A program made the position numbers and the translations under genes. Shown here piece after piece: positions 37,942 to 47,260 of a stretch of 64,000 bases of DNA. Each line of letters starts with the position of its first letter. Position 1 is the stretch's first letter. Under the pieces are notes generated by a model. The model saw nothing but the letters and a program-made list of their open reading frames with translations, searched no databases and was not told the origin of the DNA. The DNA is taken from positions 18,696 to 82,695 of the forward strand of contig CAYGTV010000001.1 in NCBI GenBank assembly GCA_964353135.1, in the 5' to 3' direction. This DNA comes from an uncultured Candidatus Saccharibacteria bacterium. Lineage in GTDB: Bacteria; Patescibacteriota; Minisyncoccia; Phycocordibacterales; UBA918.

Positions 37942-38394
37942 TCAGTATATGATCAACGATGACATTCGCTCTTCACTGATCAATGCGGACCACCCTTGCA
38001 AAAGTCTAAGCGCCTGTTTTTCCTGTTCTTCTGTCTGCATAGCCTGGCAAGCTTCGAGGTTGTCAATTTGGCTACCTACCCAAACAAATGCACCAACTTT
38101 AAACTGACCAAGGTCAGATGTCTCAAACCAATTAGTCTTAAACTGCTGTGAGAAATGAGCCCAGATCACTATTTCTGTAGGATAGGCTCCACTTGATGGT
38201 TTCCAAGCGTAAAGTTCTGCTTTGAGTTTAGCAAGACTGTCGATGCAGGCCTGTAGTGGATCACCACTGTAGTGATCAGTGTACCCAAGGATTTGGCTTT
38301 GGGCGCCCACTGGTGCGGACACTACATCTTCGTGTTGCGGTAGCAGGCAGAAAGGTCTTGAGTGAATTAGTAAGTCTCGATCTTGATTGGACAT
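37942..38394 (-). CDS. hypothetical protein (150 aa) co-transcribed downstream of dnaE
   Basis: The ORF starts 34 nt after the dnaE stop on the same strand and is followed by a terminator; no recognisable domain. Confidence 0.45.
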   Translation of the reverse strand: MSNQDRDLLIHSRPFCLLPQHEDVVSAPVGAQSQILGYTDHYSGDPLQACIDSLAKLKAELYAWKPSSGAYPTEIVIWAHFSQQFKTNWFETSDLGQFKVGAFVWVGSQIDNLEACQAMQTEEQEKQALRLLQGWSALISEERMSSLIIY

Positions 38395-38427
38395 TACGTC
38401 CTCCTTTGTGACTGTTCTAGCTTAAAA

Positions 38428-41400
38428 TTACGCTCTAATAGTCTGCGTGTCAACCGACTCAACAAATTCCGGCTCTGGCCCCAACCGTTTCATTCGGTCT
38501 ACCAAAATACTTGGTTCGTCGTTGCGGATGTTGAGCTTGCCTTTGACGGCAACACAGGTGCCTGGGACGAGCATTTCGCGGTGAGCTTCGAAACACTCAG
38601 GGAAGGTGACCATTTCCATCGACTCGTCCTTGGTCGCCAGCTGTACAAACGCCATTTTGTCGCCTTTTTTAGTGATCAACTCACGAACCGCCTGGATCAT
38701 ACCGGCCGTTACAACTGGGATACCTTGTCGACCATCAGCTTTTACCGTCGAGAGAGGTGAGCGTTTTTTGATTTCATCGGTAAAAGCATCAAGCGGGTGA
38801 CCAGACACGTATACTCCAAGTAGGTCTTTTTCCCAGATCAATTTTTGCTCTTTGCTGATGTCTGTCGCTGGGTACAGGGTCAGTCCGCCGACTTCCGTCA
38901 TCGCTCCAAATAGTGAGTCTTGATTGGCTGCTTTGCCAGCCACTTGTTCTTTGTTGTAGGACAGGAGTACCTCTAGGTTGCCGTACAGCGTGTCACGGGT
39001 TTCAAACCGATCAAACGCTCCGGTGCAGATCAGGGCTTCCATTGATTTTTTATTGAGAGCTCGATCATGAATCCGTTCCAGGAAATTTTGCATGGATGTA
39101 AACGGTCCGTTAGCTTTTCGATCATCAATGATTGTTTGTGCGATCCCCGCACCAAAGTTTTTGATAGTAGTTAAACCAAACCGAATGGTTTGGGTACCTG
39201 GTACCACGGAAAAGTCAGCGAATGATTCGTTGATGTCTGGCGGTAGTACGTCGATACCCATTCGTTCACATTCATGGATCGAGTCGTAAATCCGGTCGGT
39301 ATCACCCGAGTCAGCCGTGAGTACCGCTGACATGTATTCGACGGGAAAGTTCGCCTTCATATAAGCAGTCTGGTAGGCAACTCGACCGTATGACGCCGCG
39401 TGGGCCTTGTTAAATCCGTACGCAGCAAATGGTTCGATCAGTTTCCATAACTGTTCAGCTTTTTGTTCGGTCATGCCGTTGTCGATCAATCCTTGGAAGA
39501 GTTTATCTTTCTCGGCGGCCATTACTTCGGGAATTTTCTTTCCCATCGCTTTACGCAATTTGTCAGCCTCAAGCCAGCTGTAGCCAGCTAGCTTAATCGC
39601 CGTCATCATCACGTCATCCTGGTAGGTGATCACCCCGTATGATCGATCAATGATTTCTTCCAGACGTGGGTCGAGGTATGTCACTAAACTAGGGTTGTGT
39701 TTTCGTTCAATATATTGAGGGATCATTTCCATCGGACCAGGGCGGTATAGGGCCACCATCGCGTTGATGTCGTGAATGGTGGTTGGTTTCAGTTGTTTCA
39801 GGAACGACGTCATTCCGGTACCGTTCAATTGGAATAGTCCCATCGTTTCACCCCGAGCCAGCATCTCAAACGTCTTTTGGTCATCGAGGGGAATGTTTTC
39901 AATATCGACGTCGACGTTACGAATTTTCTTTACTCGCTTTACTGCATCAGCCAAAATCGCCAGGTTTTTAATCCCCAGGAAGTCGAATTTAAGGAGACCA
40001 ACTCCGTCTTCACCCACACTATGCATTTCGTACTGGGTGACGTATTTACCAGTTTTCGAGTCGGGCTGGATTGGGACATATTGGTTGAGTGGAACAGGAG
40101 AGATAACCACCCCCGCGGCATGAACCCCAATGTGTCGGACACGACCCTCGATTTGTTTGGCAAGGTCAATCACTTCGCGCGACTCAGCGTCTTTTTTGTA
40201 TAACTCAGCCAATTCTTTTTCTTCTACCAGCGCGCGCTCAATGGTCATCGGGAACCCCTGGGCGCCCAGGGGGATTAGTTTCGAGATCCGGTCACCAGTA
40301 CTGTACGGGTGACCAAGGGCGCGCGCCACGTCACGTACCGCCGCTTTGGCGGCCATGGTTCCAAAGGTACCGATCTGGGCTACTTTGTCTTCACCATATT
40401 TTTGTTTGGCGTATTCGATAATTTCATCACGTCGATTATCGGCAAAGTCCATGTCGATGTCAGGGGCAGACGGACGCTCAGGGTTAAGGAATCGTTCAAA
40501 GGGAAGTTTGTATTCGAGCGGGTTTACGTTCGTGATCCCCAGCACGTAGGTCGTAAATGATCCCGCCACCGAACCACGAATAGTGGTGAGGATTCCTCGT
40601 TCACGCGCCTCGCGCAGCAGGTCACCTACCACGAGAAAGTACTTGGCGTAGCCCTTCATCTTGATCACATCCAGCTCGTAGTCGAGACGGGTTTTTACCT
40701 TCTCATCAGTAATGTCGAGTCCGCGCCACTTCACTCCAGCGTACGCGGTGATTTGTAGCTCTTCGTCCGGCTCGCGCCCGCTTTCGATTATAAAATCAGG
40801 AAATACCCAAGCATCCATCCCGAGGGTGATTTCGACGTTACACTGGTTGGCAATTTTGACAGTATTAGAAAGCGCTTCTGGAGTGTCTTTGAACCACTCT
40901 TTCATGTCGGCTTGGGTTTTGAAAGAGAAGTCTTCGGCTCCATCGTGATCAGACGATGTATCAACCACACCGCCACTTTGAATCTTGATCATTGTCTCTC
41001 GAGCGATGCGATCCTCTGGCTTCATATAGTAAATATCGTGCGCGGCGACCAGTGGAGTTTTTGTTTCAGCTGCCAATTCTTTGATCAGCTTCTGGTTACT
41101 CATGTGACCAAAAATCTCTGGGTGGTGACTGATTTCAAGGTAGCAATCCGCGCCGAACGTTTTCTTGTACCAATCAAGCCGCTCCGCTGCGCGTTCTGGT
41201 AGCGAGTCTTTGAGGGCTTGGGCAACTTCGCCGGCAAACGAGGGGATGATGCAGATGAGGTCTTCTTTGTTTTTCTCCAGCAGTTCATCATCAATCCGGG
41301 GTTTGTAGTAGAAGCCTTCGGTGTTTGACTTGGTGACCAGCTCAATCAGGTTTTGGTAACCCTTAAACGTTTTAGCCAGCAAAACCAGTCGTGACCGTGG

Positions 41401-41673
41401 TCGGTCAGTAGGGTTTTCCTTATCAAAGCGGGTGCGAGGGGAGAGGTACGCATCTAGGCCGATAATTGGTTTGATACCTTCTTTTTGACAGGCCTGGTAG
41501 AAATCAATCGCACCATAGAGCGCCCCGGCGTCGGTGATCGCCAGCGCATCCTGACCATCTGCCGCAGCCGCTGCAGTCAACTCTTTTGGCCTTGGTACCG
41601 CCTGCAGTAGGGAATACATACTATGTGTATGCAAATGTACGAACTCAGCATTTAGTTTGGACGATTCAGACAT
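38428..41673 (-). CDS. dnaE: DNA polymerase III alpha subunit
   Basis: N-terminal PHP domain (HLHTHSMYSLLQAV), the polymerase core and a C-terminal OB-fold; 1081 aa. Confidence 0.9.
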   Translation of the reverse strand: MSESSKLNAEFVHLHTHSMYSLLQAVPRPKELTAAAAADGQDALAITDAGALYGAIDFYQACQKEGIKPIIGLDAYLSPRTRFDKENPTDRPRSRLVLLAKTFKGYQNLIELVTKSNTEGFYYKPRIDDELLEKNKEDLICIIPSFAGEVAQALKDSLPERAAERLDWYKKTFGADCYLEISHHPEIFGHMSNQKLIKELAAETKTPLVAAHDIYYMKPEDRIARETMIKIQSGGVVDTSSDHDGAEDFSFKTQADMKEWFKDTPEALSNTVKIANQCNVEITLGMDAWVFPDFIIESGREPDEELQITAYAGVKWRGLDITDEKVKTRLDYELDVIKMKGYAKYFLVVGDLLREARERGILTTIRGSVAGSFTTYVLGITNVNPLEYKLPFERFLNPERPSAPDIDMDFADNRRDEIIEYAKQKYGEDKVAQIGTFGTMAAKAAVRDVARALGHPYSTGDRISKLIPLGAQGFPMTIERALVEEKELAELYKKDAESREVIDLAKQIEGRVRHIGVHAAGVVISPVPLNQYVPIQPDSKTGKYVTQYEMHSVGEDGVGLLKFDFLGIKNLAILADAVKRVKKIRNVDVDIENIPLDDQKTFEMLARGETMGLFQLNGTGMTSFLKQLKPTTIHDINAMVALYRPGPMEMIPQYIERKHNPSLVTYLDPRLEEIIDRSYGVITYQDDVMMTAIKLAGYSWLEADKLRKAMGKKIPEVMAAEKDKLFQGLIDNGMTEQKAEQLWKLIEPFAAYGFNKAHAASYGRVAYQTAYMKANFPVEYMSAVLTADSGDTDRIYDSIHECERMGIDVLPPDINESFADFSVVPGTQTIRFGLTTIKNFGAGIAQTIIDDRKANGPFTSMQNFLERIHDRALNKKSMEALICTGAFDRFETRDTLYGNLEVLLSYNKEQVAGKAANQDSLFGAMTEVGGLTLYPATDISKEQKLIWEKDLLGVYVSGHPLDAFTDEIKKRSPLSTVKADGRQGIPVVTAGMIQAVRELITKKGDKMAFVQLATKDESMEMVTFPECFEAHREMLVPGTCVAVKGKLNIRNDEPSILVDRMKRLGPEPEFVESVDTQTIRA

Positions 41674-41734
41674 TGCGTACAGTATAACAAATGTGGCGCC
41701 GACCCCCTACAACAGGGTTCGGCGCCAATGATGA

Positions 41735-42058
41735 TTATTCTTGAGCGAGCAACGCCTGGTTTCCGTTAGCCCAAACATTTAGATTTTGTCCTTTTTGCAT
41801 GTTGATCCGCAAGGTCACGGTTCCATCAACGTTGATGTAAAGGCGGTTTGGCGTGCACTCAACTGTGACCGAACCTTCTGATGTGTTTTGCCACATGATG
41901 TGGTTCATCGCTAGATCTTCAAGTTGTTCAAGTACAATCAGACCTGGCTGATCGTTATAGTGGATAGTGATTTCACCAGGTGAGCAACTAGAACGATTCT
42001 CCTGAGCTCCAGCTATCGATGGTGTAACGAGAACAAGCAGTAACAATAGTGTCCGCAT
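41735..42058 (-). CDS. small secreted hypothetical protein
   Basis: Signal peptide MRTLLLLLVLVTPSIAGAQE; 107 aa; no recognisable domain. Confidence 0.4.
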   Translation of the reverse strand: MRTLLLLLVLVTPSIAGAQENRSSCSPGEITIHYNDQPGLIVLEQLEDLAMNHIMWQNTSEGSVTVECTPNRLYINVDGTVTLRINMQKGQNLNVWANGNQALLAQE

Positions 42059-42106
42059 GAATGTGCTCCATTTCGTTGATGGTACAATGCATCATACTTT
42101 TTTCTT

Positions 42107-42700
42107 ATGAAATGTAAATGGATAGTTGGGGTGGATGAGGCGGGGCGGGGGCCGCTGGCAGGGCCAGTGACGGTTGGGTTGGTTAAAATTCCGGTTGATT
42201 TTGATTGGGAACTGGTTCCGGGTGTGCGTGACTCGAAAAAAATTAGCGAGAAAAAGCGCGAGGTTATATATAAACGAGTGATTGAATTGCACGTGCAGAA
42301 AAAATTGTCGTATGTCGTGAAATCAGTCTCAGCCAAATCAATTGATAATAAAGGAATCTCTCCTGCTATACGGCGTTCGATTGCTGCTGGAATTGAGGAT
42401 CTAGAGTGTGATCCAAATGACACATATATAAAACTAGACGGTTCACTCAAAGCCCCAGCTAATTACGCTCAAGAAACTATCATCAAAGGTGACGACAAGG
42501 AAATGGTGATTGGACTGGCGTCGATTATGGCCAAGGTCACTCGAGACAGATATATGGTAGAACAAGCCGCACTCTACCCAAAATACGGCCTAGCCAAGCA
42601 TAAAGGCTATGGCACCAAAGCGCACCGCGAAGCCATCGCAAAGCACGGATTTACACCTATCCACCGCCAGAGCTATTGTAAAAACATTGTTTTGTTGTAG
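42107..42700 (+). CDS. rnhB: ribonuclease HII
   Basis: VGVDEAGRGPLAGPV is the active-site motif; 197 aa. Confidence 0.85.
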   Translation: MKCKWIVGVDEAGRGPLAGPVTVGLVKIPVDFDWELVPGVRDSKKISEKKREVIYKRVIELHVQKKLSYVVKSVSAKSIDNKGISPAIRRSIAAGIEDLECDPNDTYIKLDGSLKAPANYAQETIIKGDDKEMVIGLASIMAKVTRDRYMVEQAALYPKYGLAKHKGYGTKAHREAIAKHGFTPIHRQSYCKNIVLL

Positions 42701-42777
42701 AGTAAAGATTCCTCAAGGAACAAATCAGGACTTCAACCTAACCCATAAATGAAATATCGGGACAAAAGGATACCTGA

Positions 42778-42969
42778 ATGACCAACGAGGGAAAAGAAAC
42801 GGATGAATGTGGTCCATGCACATTCAAAACAACAGGCTCTTGCTCTGAACTACATCAGCCTCCTGAGAAAGGTACGTGTTGTCTGGAAAGAAGACGAATC
42901 CAAGTACGTCTAGTTACCGACGCTCGAAAAGCGGTTCAGAAAAGTAAGCAAAAACAGTCCGTGGCGTAA
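42778..42969 (+). CDS. possible small Cys-rich protein (63 aa)
   Basis: AAGGA ribosome-binding site 9 nt upstream; CGPC...SC...CC cysteines; an intrinsic terminator lies about 60 nt downstream (43029..43058). It could instead be a non-coding transcript. Confidence 0.25.
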   Translation: MTNEGKETDECGPCTFKTTGSCSELHQPPEKGTCCLERRRIQVRLVTDARKAVQKSKQKQSVA

Positions 42970-43028
42970 GCTTGCAAGGCGGATTGAGTTCATTATAGTG
43001 GTCATTATATGACTGCGTCACTAGTTTT

Positions 43029-43058
43029 GGCCGGATCTCGCAAGAGACCGGCCTTTTT
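43029..43058 (+). terminator. rho-independent terminator downstream of rnhB/small ORF
   Basis: ggccggatctc gcaa gagaccggcc followed by ttttt. Confidence 0.6.
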
Positions 43059-43116
43059 ACTTGCACCCTCCGAGCACTGCCATTTTATTGTCGTACTTCA
43101 TACTCTGTAAAAAGGG

Positions 43117-43144
43117 TTGCCTTTTTCATATGATTTGCTATAGT
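43117..43144 (+). promoter_or_regulatory. sigma70-like promoter of rpmF (TTGCCT-16-TATAGT)
   Basis: TTGCCT at 43117-43122, a 16-nt spacer, TATAGT at 43139-43144; the ATG follows at 43169. Confidence 0.45.
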
Positions 43145-43168
43145 TCTGCCCACTAATACAAATTATCT

Positions 43169-43555
43169 ATGGTAGTACGAATGCGTCACACGCGGGCTCA
43201 CACCGCAAATCGTCGATCTCATCACGCGCTAAGCGCGCCGACTTTAGCAGTGTGTGGTAACTGTGGTTCACACCACCGACCGCATCACATGTGTCAAGAA
43301 TGTGGTTTTTACAAAGGTCGAATGGTGATTGACATGAAAGCAAAGTCAGACAAACGAACAGCTCGGATGACTGCTAAAAAAGAAGCCATCAAAGGACAGC
43401 AAGCAGACGCTGAACAAGAAGATATGCCAGAAGCAATTGCTCCAGATTCAGGAGTAACTCCAGACAAAGTAGCAGGTGACAAAATGAAAACAGTTGCCGC
43501 CCCATCTGTAGCAGCTGAAAAAACAGCTTCTCCTCGAAAACATCAAGGATCATAA
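43169..43555 (+). CDS. rpmF: ribosomal protein L32 with ~70-aa Lys/Ala/Glu-rich C-terminal extension
   Basis: RRSHHALSAPTLAVCGNCG...CQECGFYKGR is the L32 zinc-ribbon core (about the first 55 aa); the remainder is a low-complexity tail. Confidence 0.7.
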   Translation: MVVRMRHTRAHTANRRSHHALSAPTLAVCGNCGSHHRPHHMCQECGFYKGRMVIDMKAKSDKRTARMTAKKEAIKGQQADAEQEDMPEAIAPDSGVTPDKVAGDKMKTVAAPSVAAEKTASPRKHQGS

Positions 43556-43643
43556 TCCACAAAAACACCGTCAGCTGACGGTGTTTTTGTCTGAGGACTC
43601 TGGTACAGTAGTAGACAGTAATAGTTAAGTACATTTCGTAGAT

Positions 43644-44555
43644 ATGGCCAACCGACATTTATCCCGTAGCATCGTTCTTCAGTCACTCTTTGAGTGGGAT
43701 TTAAATGCGCTTGAGAAGAAAGCCGTGCACGAAGTGCTTGACCGAAACGTTGCAGAATTCGCACCTAATAAAACCGACACTCCATTTATGGCAAAGTTGC
43801 TCGATGGTGTGATGTCAAAGCAGTCTGAATTGGATCTGGTGATCGAAAAGGCTGCTCCAGAATGGCCAATTGATCGAATTTCTCCTGTCGATCGAAATAT
43901 CCTCAGACTTGGTCTATACGAACTACTCTTTGCAGATCGCAAGGAGGTCCCAGCAAAAGTAGCAATCAACGAAGCAATTGAACTCGCTAAACAATTTGGC
44001 GGTGACAATAGTAGTCGGTTTGTTAACGGTGTACTAGGTGCGGTGTACAAAGAAATTGGTGAACCAGGCAAAGATGAACAAGGTGCAAAGCGTAAAAAGC
44101 AAGTTGCCTTTGAAGACATGCCCATTCAGCGACTGGCCGGTGCGGTAGTGTACGCCCAACACGAAGGACAGATGTATCTGGCTTTAGTACACGACATTTT
44201 TGGACACTGGACCCTATCAAAAGGAAAAATTGAAGATGGCGAGACGGTCGAGGCTGGTGCAGCACGTGAACTCAAAGAAGAAATTGGGCTTGATATAACA
44301 ATCGAAGCTGAGCTAGGTAATAATGAATACGTTGCTAGCAATCCAGAGTTAGGCAAGGTTCGCAAGCAAGTGCACTATTTCCTAGCAAAAGCAGAGTATC
44401 GGGAACTAGTGCTGGAACAAAAAGGTGGACTAGATGATGCCAAGTGGTTTAAAGTAGCCGAAATCCTTGACCTTAACTTTTATGAGGATATTCTGCCGAT
44501 TGTTACCAAGGCCATTACTATGCTCGTCGGTCGAGGAACACAAGAAATGAAATAA
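43644..44555 (+). CDS. nusB: NusB transcription antitermination factor fused to a C-terminal Nudix hydrolase domain
   Basis: aa 1-140 are NusB-like (ILRLGLYELLF...AINEAIELAKQFGGDNSSRFVNGVLGAV); aa ~155-300 carry a Nudix box GKIEDGETVEAGAARELKEEIGL (GX5EX7REUXEEXGU). Confidence 0.75.
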   Translation: MANRHLSRSIVLQSLFEWDLNALEKKAVHEVLDRNVAEFAPNKTDTPFMAKLLDGVMSKQSELDLVIEKAAPEWPIDRISPVDRNILRLGLYELLFADRKEVPAKVAINEAIELAKQFGGDNSSRFVNGVLGAVYKEIGEPGKDEQGAKRKKQVAFEDMPIQRLAGAVVYAQHEGQMYLALVHDIFGHWTLSKGKIEDGETVEAGAARELKEEIGLDITIEAELGNNEYVASNPELGKVRKQVHYFLAKAEYRELVLEQKGGLDDAKWFKVAEILDLNFYEDILPIVTKAITMLVGRGTQEMK

Positions 44556-44704
44556 CTTCTTCGTTGTACGGCGTATTTTTTCATTCACCGTACCTCTGGA
44601 CGACTCATTCAAAAATACCAATACGCCCCGAATTTAAATTCATTCATTGCGTCCCTAAAGCCAAAGCTAGTAAAAGAATATTAATTTGATACTGTATACA
44701 CAAC

Positions 44705-45415
44705 ATGGCAGATTACGAACCAAACACAGATTTACATAAACTACAGACAATCCTTGGGACGCAATTCAACGACCTAGATTTGTTGCGGTCAGCTGTTACC
44801 CATCGATCGTATTTAAACGAACACAAGGAAGCCACCTGGGAGCATAACGAGCGTCTAGAATTCCTAGGTGATGCAGTGCTAGAGCTGGTGGTGACCGATT
44901 TTTTGTTCAAGAAGTACACCGATAAACCAGAAGGTGAGCTAACTGCAGTGCGGGCTGCTCTAGTGAACACGGTTTCGCTGTCAGCAGCGTCAGAGGCACT
45001 TGGGGTCAATGAATTCCTAATGATGAGTAAAGGGGAAGCGAAAGACATGGGTCGGGCGCGACAGTATATTCTCGCGAATACGTTTGAGGCCTGCATCGGA
45101 GCGATGTACATGGATCAAGGGTACGACGCTGCCCAGCAGTTCATAGCGACCCATCTCTTTCCAAAGACTGATGAAATAGTTGCCAAAAGACTATGGCAAG
45201 ACCCCAAGTCACGGTTTCAAGAGTTGGCCCAAGAGCACCACAGTGTGACACCGACATATGAGACGGTTGCACAAGAGGGTCCTGATCATGATCGTATATT
45301 TACCGTTGGGGTATTTCTACGCAAAGAGCAGGTTGCCGCTGGGACTGGCCGCTCCAAACAAGAGGCCGAGCAAGCCGCCGCCCTAGCTGCTATGACCGTC
45401 AAAGGTTGGGACTAG
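44705..45415 (+). CDS. rnc: ribonuclease III
   Basis: RNase III signature ERLEFLGDAVLELVVTDFLF; C-terminal dsRBD. Confidence 0.9.
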   Translation: MADYEPNTDLHKLQTILGTQFNDLDLLRSAVTHRSYLNEHKEATWEHNERLEFLGDAVLELVVTDFLFKKYTDKPEGELTAVRAALVNTVSLSAASEALGVNEFLMMSKGEAKDMGRARQYILANTFEACIGAMYMDQGYDAAQQFIATHLFPKTDEIVAKRLWQDPKSRFQELAQEHHSVTPTYETVAQEGPDHDRIFTVGVFLRKEQVAAGTGRSKQEAEQAAALAAMTVKGWD

Positions 45416-45435
45416 CGACATGCTAAAATAAAAGC

Positions 45436-45876
45436 ATGTATAGCAAACGTCTAGGTTTTACATTGATTGAGATTCTCGTTGTTATTTCAATTTTGGCAAT
45501 ACTCCTGTCCATCGTTGCTTTTTCTGGTTCTGAAGCGCGCTCTACTGCCAATGCAACGGTGGCTGATCAGGATGTTCAGCAAATTGGACTAGCGATGCAG
45601 CTGTATCTAGAAGCTAACAATGACCTCCCTCCAGATGCTACTTGGAGTGATGCTGTTGATGCGCTGTACCCGACCTATTTATCAAAGCGCATCGATGTCG
45701 ATCGGTGGGGAAATGCCTTTGAGTACCAAAACAACTATGGTGGCGGGATTTCCAGTCGGGGGTCCCTGGTTTGTAGTTCTGGTCCTGATGGAACATTTGA
45801 TACTACTGACACTGATCTAGCTGTATACGAAGCTGGCGGGGATGATATCTGCCGATTTATTTTTGATGAAGATTAG
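45436..45876 (+). CDS. type IV pilin / pseudopilin (prepilin-type N-terminal cleavage/methylation domain)
   Basis: MYSKRLG|FTLIEILVVISILAILLSIV is a class III signal peptide with the G/F cleavage site and Glu+5. Confidence 0.7.
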   Translation: MYSKRLGFTLIEILVVISILAILLSIVAFSGSEARSTANATVADQDVQQIGLAMQLYLEANNDLPPDATWSDAVDALYPTYLSKRIDVDRWGNAFEYQNNYGGGISSRGSLVCSSGPDGTFDTTDTDLAVYEAGGDDICRFIFDED

Positions 45877-46615
45877 TATGTTCCTACGCTCATCCAAAAG
45901 AGGTTTTACAATAATTGAATTGCTAGTGACAGTTTCTTTGTTGGTTATTTTGCTCAGCATTGCAATTGCAAGTTTTGGTCCAGCAAGAGAGAAATCACGA
46001 GATACCCAACGGCAGACAGACTTACGAACGATCGAAGCAGCGTTGGCTCTGTATAAAAATAAATATGGTGTATATCCAGAAGGTTGCAATGGTCCGACTA
46101 CCAGTGCAACTCCCGTGTGGTCAGGTCAATTGGGGTCTGATTATGAATGTACGTCTGGAGGACGTCAGTTTATCATTGGTCTTGCTCCAGAGTTTTTACC
46201 GAAATTGCCAATCGACCCTAAACTGAATGGTACTGATTCTGGTTATGTGTATGCGGTAAACAGCGAGCGATCGGTATACAAAGTCATGGCTCTAAATACC
46301 GTTGAAACTGAGGTGGTTGGTTACGGTGATGAGTTTTTCCGTTGTGGACAAGAGTTTAATCCTGTCTTGGTATCAACTGATAGTAGTGTCGGTGCATCCT
46401 ACAATGATCCTGAAATATGCGAACGAGTTCCACCGACCCTTCCAGGTGGATATAATCCAGGAGGTTACACCGCTCCGACTGTGTGTACTGGTGTTGATGG
46501 TTATGGTGCCACGTATGCCGTATCTGCCGGATTTTCTAATGATGCCAGGGGTCTCTCTGGTGTTAATGCTAATAAGGGTCGTGAATACGACACTGAAAAC
46601 GTACGGTGTCGGTAA
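45866..46615 (+). CDS. type IV pilin-like protein
   Basis: MKISMFLRSSKRG|FTIIELLVTVSLLVILLSIAIA prepilin signal. Start uncertain: ATGs at 45866 and 45878; the track ORF begins at 45842. Confidence 0.65.
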   Translation: MKISMFLRSSKRGFTIIELLVTVSLLVILLSIAIASFGPAREKSRDTQRQTDLRTIEAALALYKNKYGVYPEGCNGPTTSATPVWSGQLGSDYECTSGGRQFIIGLAPEFLPKLPIDPKLNGTDSGYVYAVNSERSVYKVMALNTVETEVVGYGDEFFRCGQEFNPVLVSTDSSVGASYNDPEICERVPPTLPGGYNPGGYTAPTVCTGVDGYGATYAVSAGFSNDARGLSGVNANKGREYDTENVRCR

Positions 46616-46664
46616 GGGATAACTGTTTTAACCCGTTCAGCTACAGTGCTATCATGAGTATATT

Positions 46665-47258
46665 ATGCAACGGCTAAGAGGCTTTACTCTGATTGAAATT
46701 CTCGTCACAATTTCGATTATTGCGATTTTGGCTAGTATTATCTATGTTAGTTTTGGGGAGGCTCGGGTTAATGCCCGCAACAAAGCTATGACAGTTGAGT
46801 TGAAAGAAATCCAGCTGCAGCTCGAGACCTACCGGGCTCAAAATAATTCTTATCCATTGCCAGAACCTGGCTGTGGTAGCGCAACTGGGGGTCAGCTAGT
46901 GGCACGTAGTAATGGTTCTGGTAGTTGGTGTTCAAATAACTACTTCAACACCAGTGCAGCCCGACAAACTCCGTTATTTGTACCTGAATTTGTCACCAAA
47001 ATACCAAAGAACGCTGATTCTGCAAATTCGGACTGTGTGATTGAGTACCGCACCGACAGCGCAGCTACTTGGTATAAACTAACTGCGATTAACTGCCTTG
47101 CTGGTGTAGATAGTAGTACTGGGATTGACCCGGGAGAGCCGCTGTCACGCTGCTCCTCATCTTGTCCTGAGGGGTCGTCAGGTGATACTTGTTATCCAGA
47201 TGATCCAGAATACTATCAGTCATTTGCGGTCTACAGCCTCGGCGGTCAGTGTGAATAG
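46665..47258 (+). CDS. type IV pilin-like protein
   Basis: MQRLRG|FTLIEILVTISIIAILASIIYV prepilin signal; C-terminal Cys pairs. Confidence 0.7.
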   Translation: MQRLRGFTLIEILVTISIIAILASIIYVSFGEARVNARNKAMTVELKEIQLQLETYRAQNNSYPLPEPGCGSATGGQLVARSNGSGSWCSNNYFNTSAARQTPLFVPEFVTKIPKNADSANSDCVIEYRTDSAATWYKLTAINCLAGVDSSTGIDPGEPLSRCSSSCPEGSSGDTCYPDDPEYYQSFAVYSLGGQCE

Positions 47259-47260
47259 GT

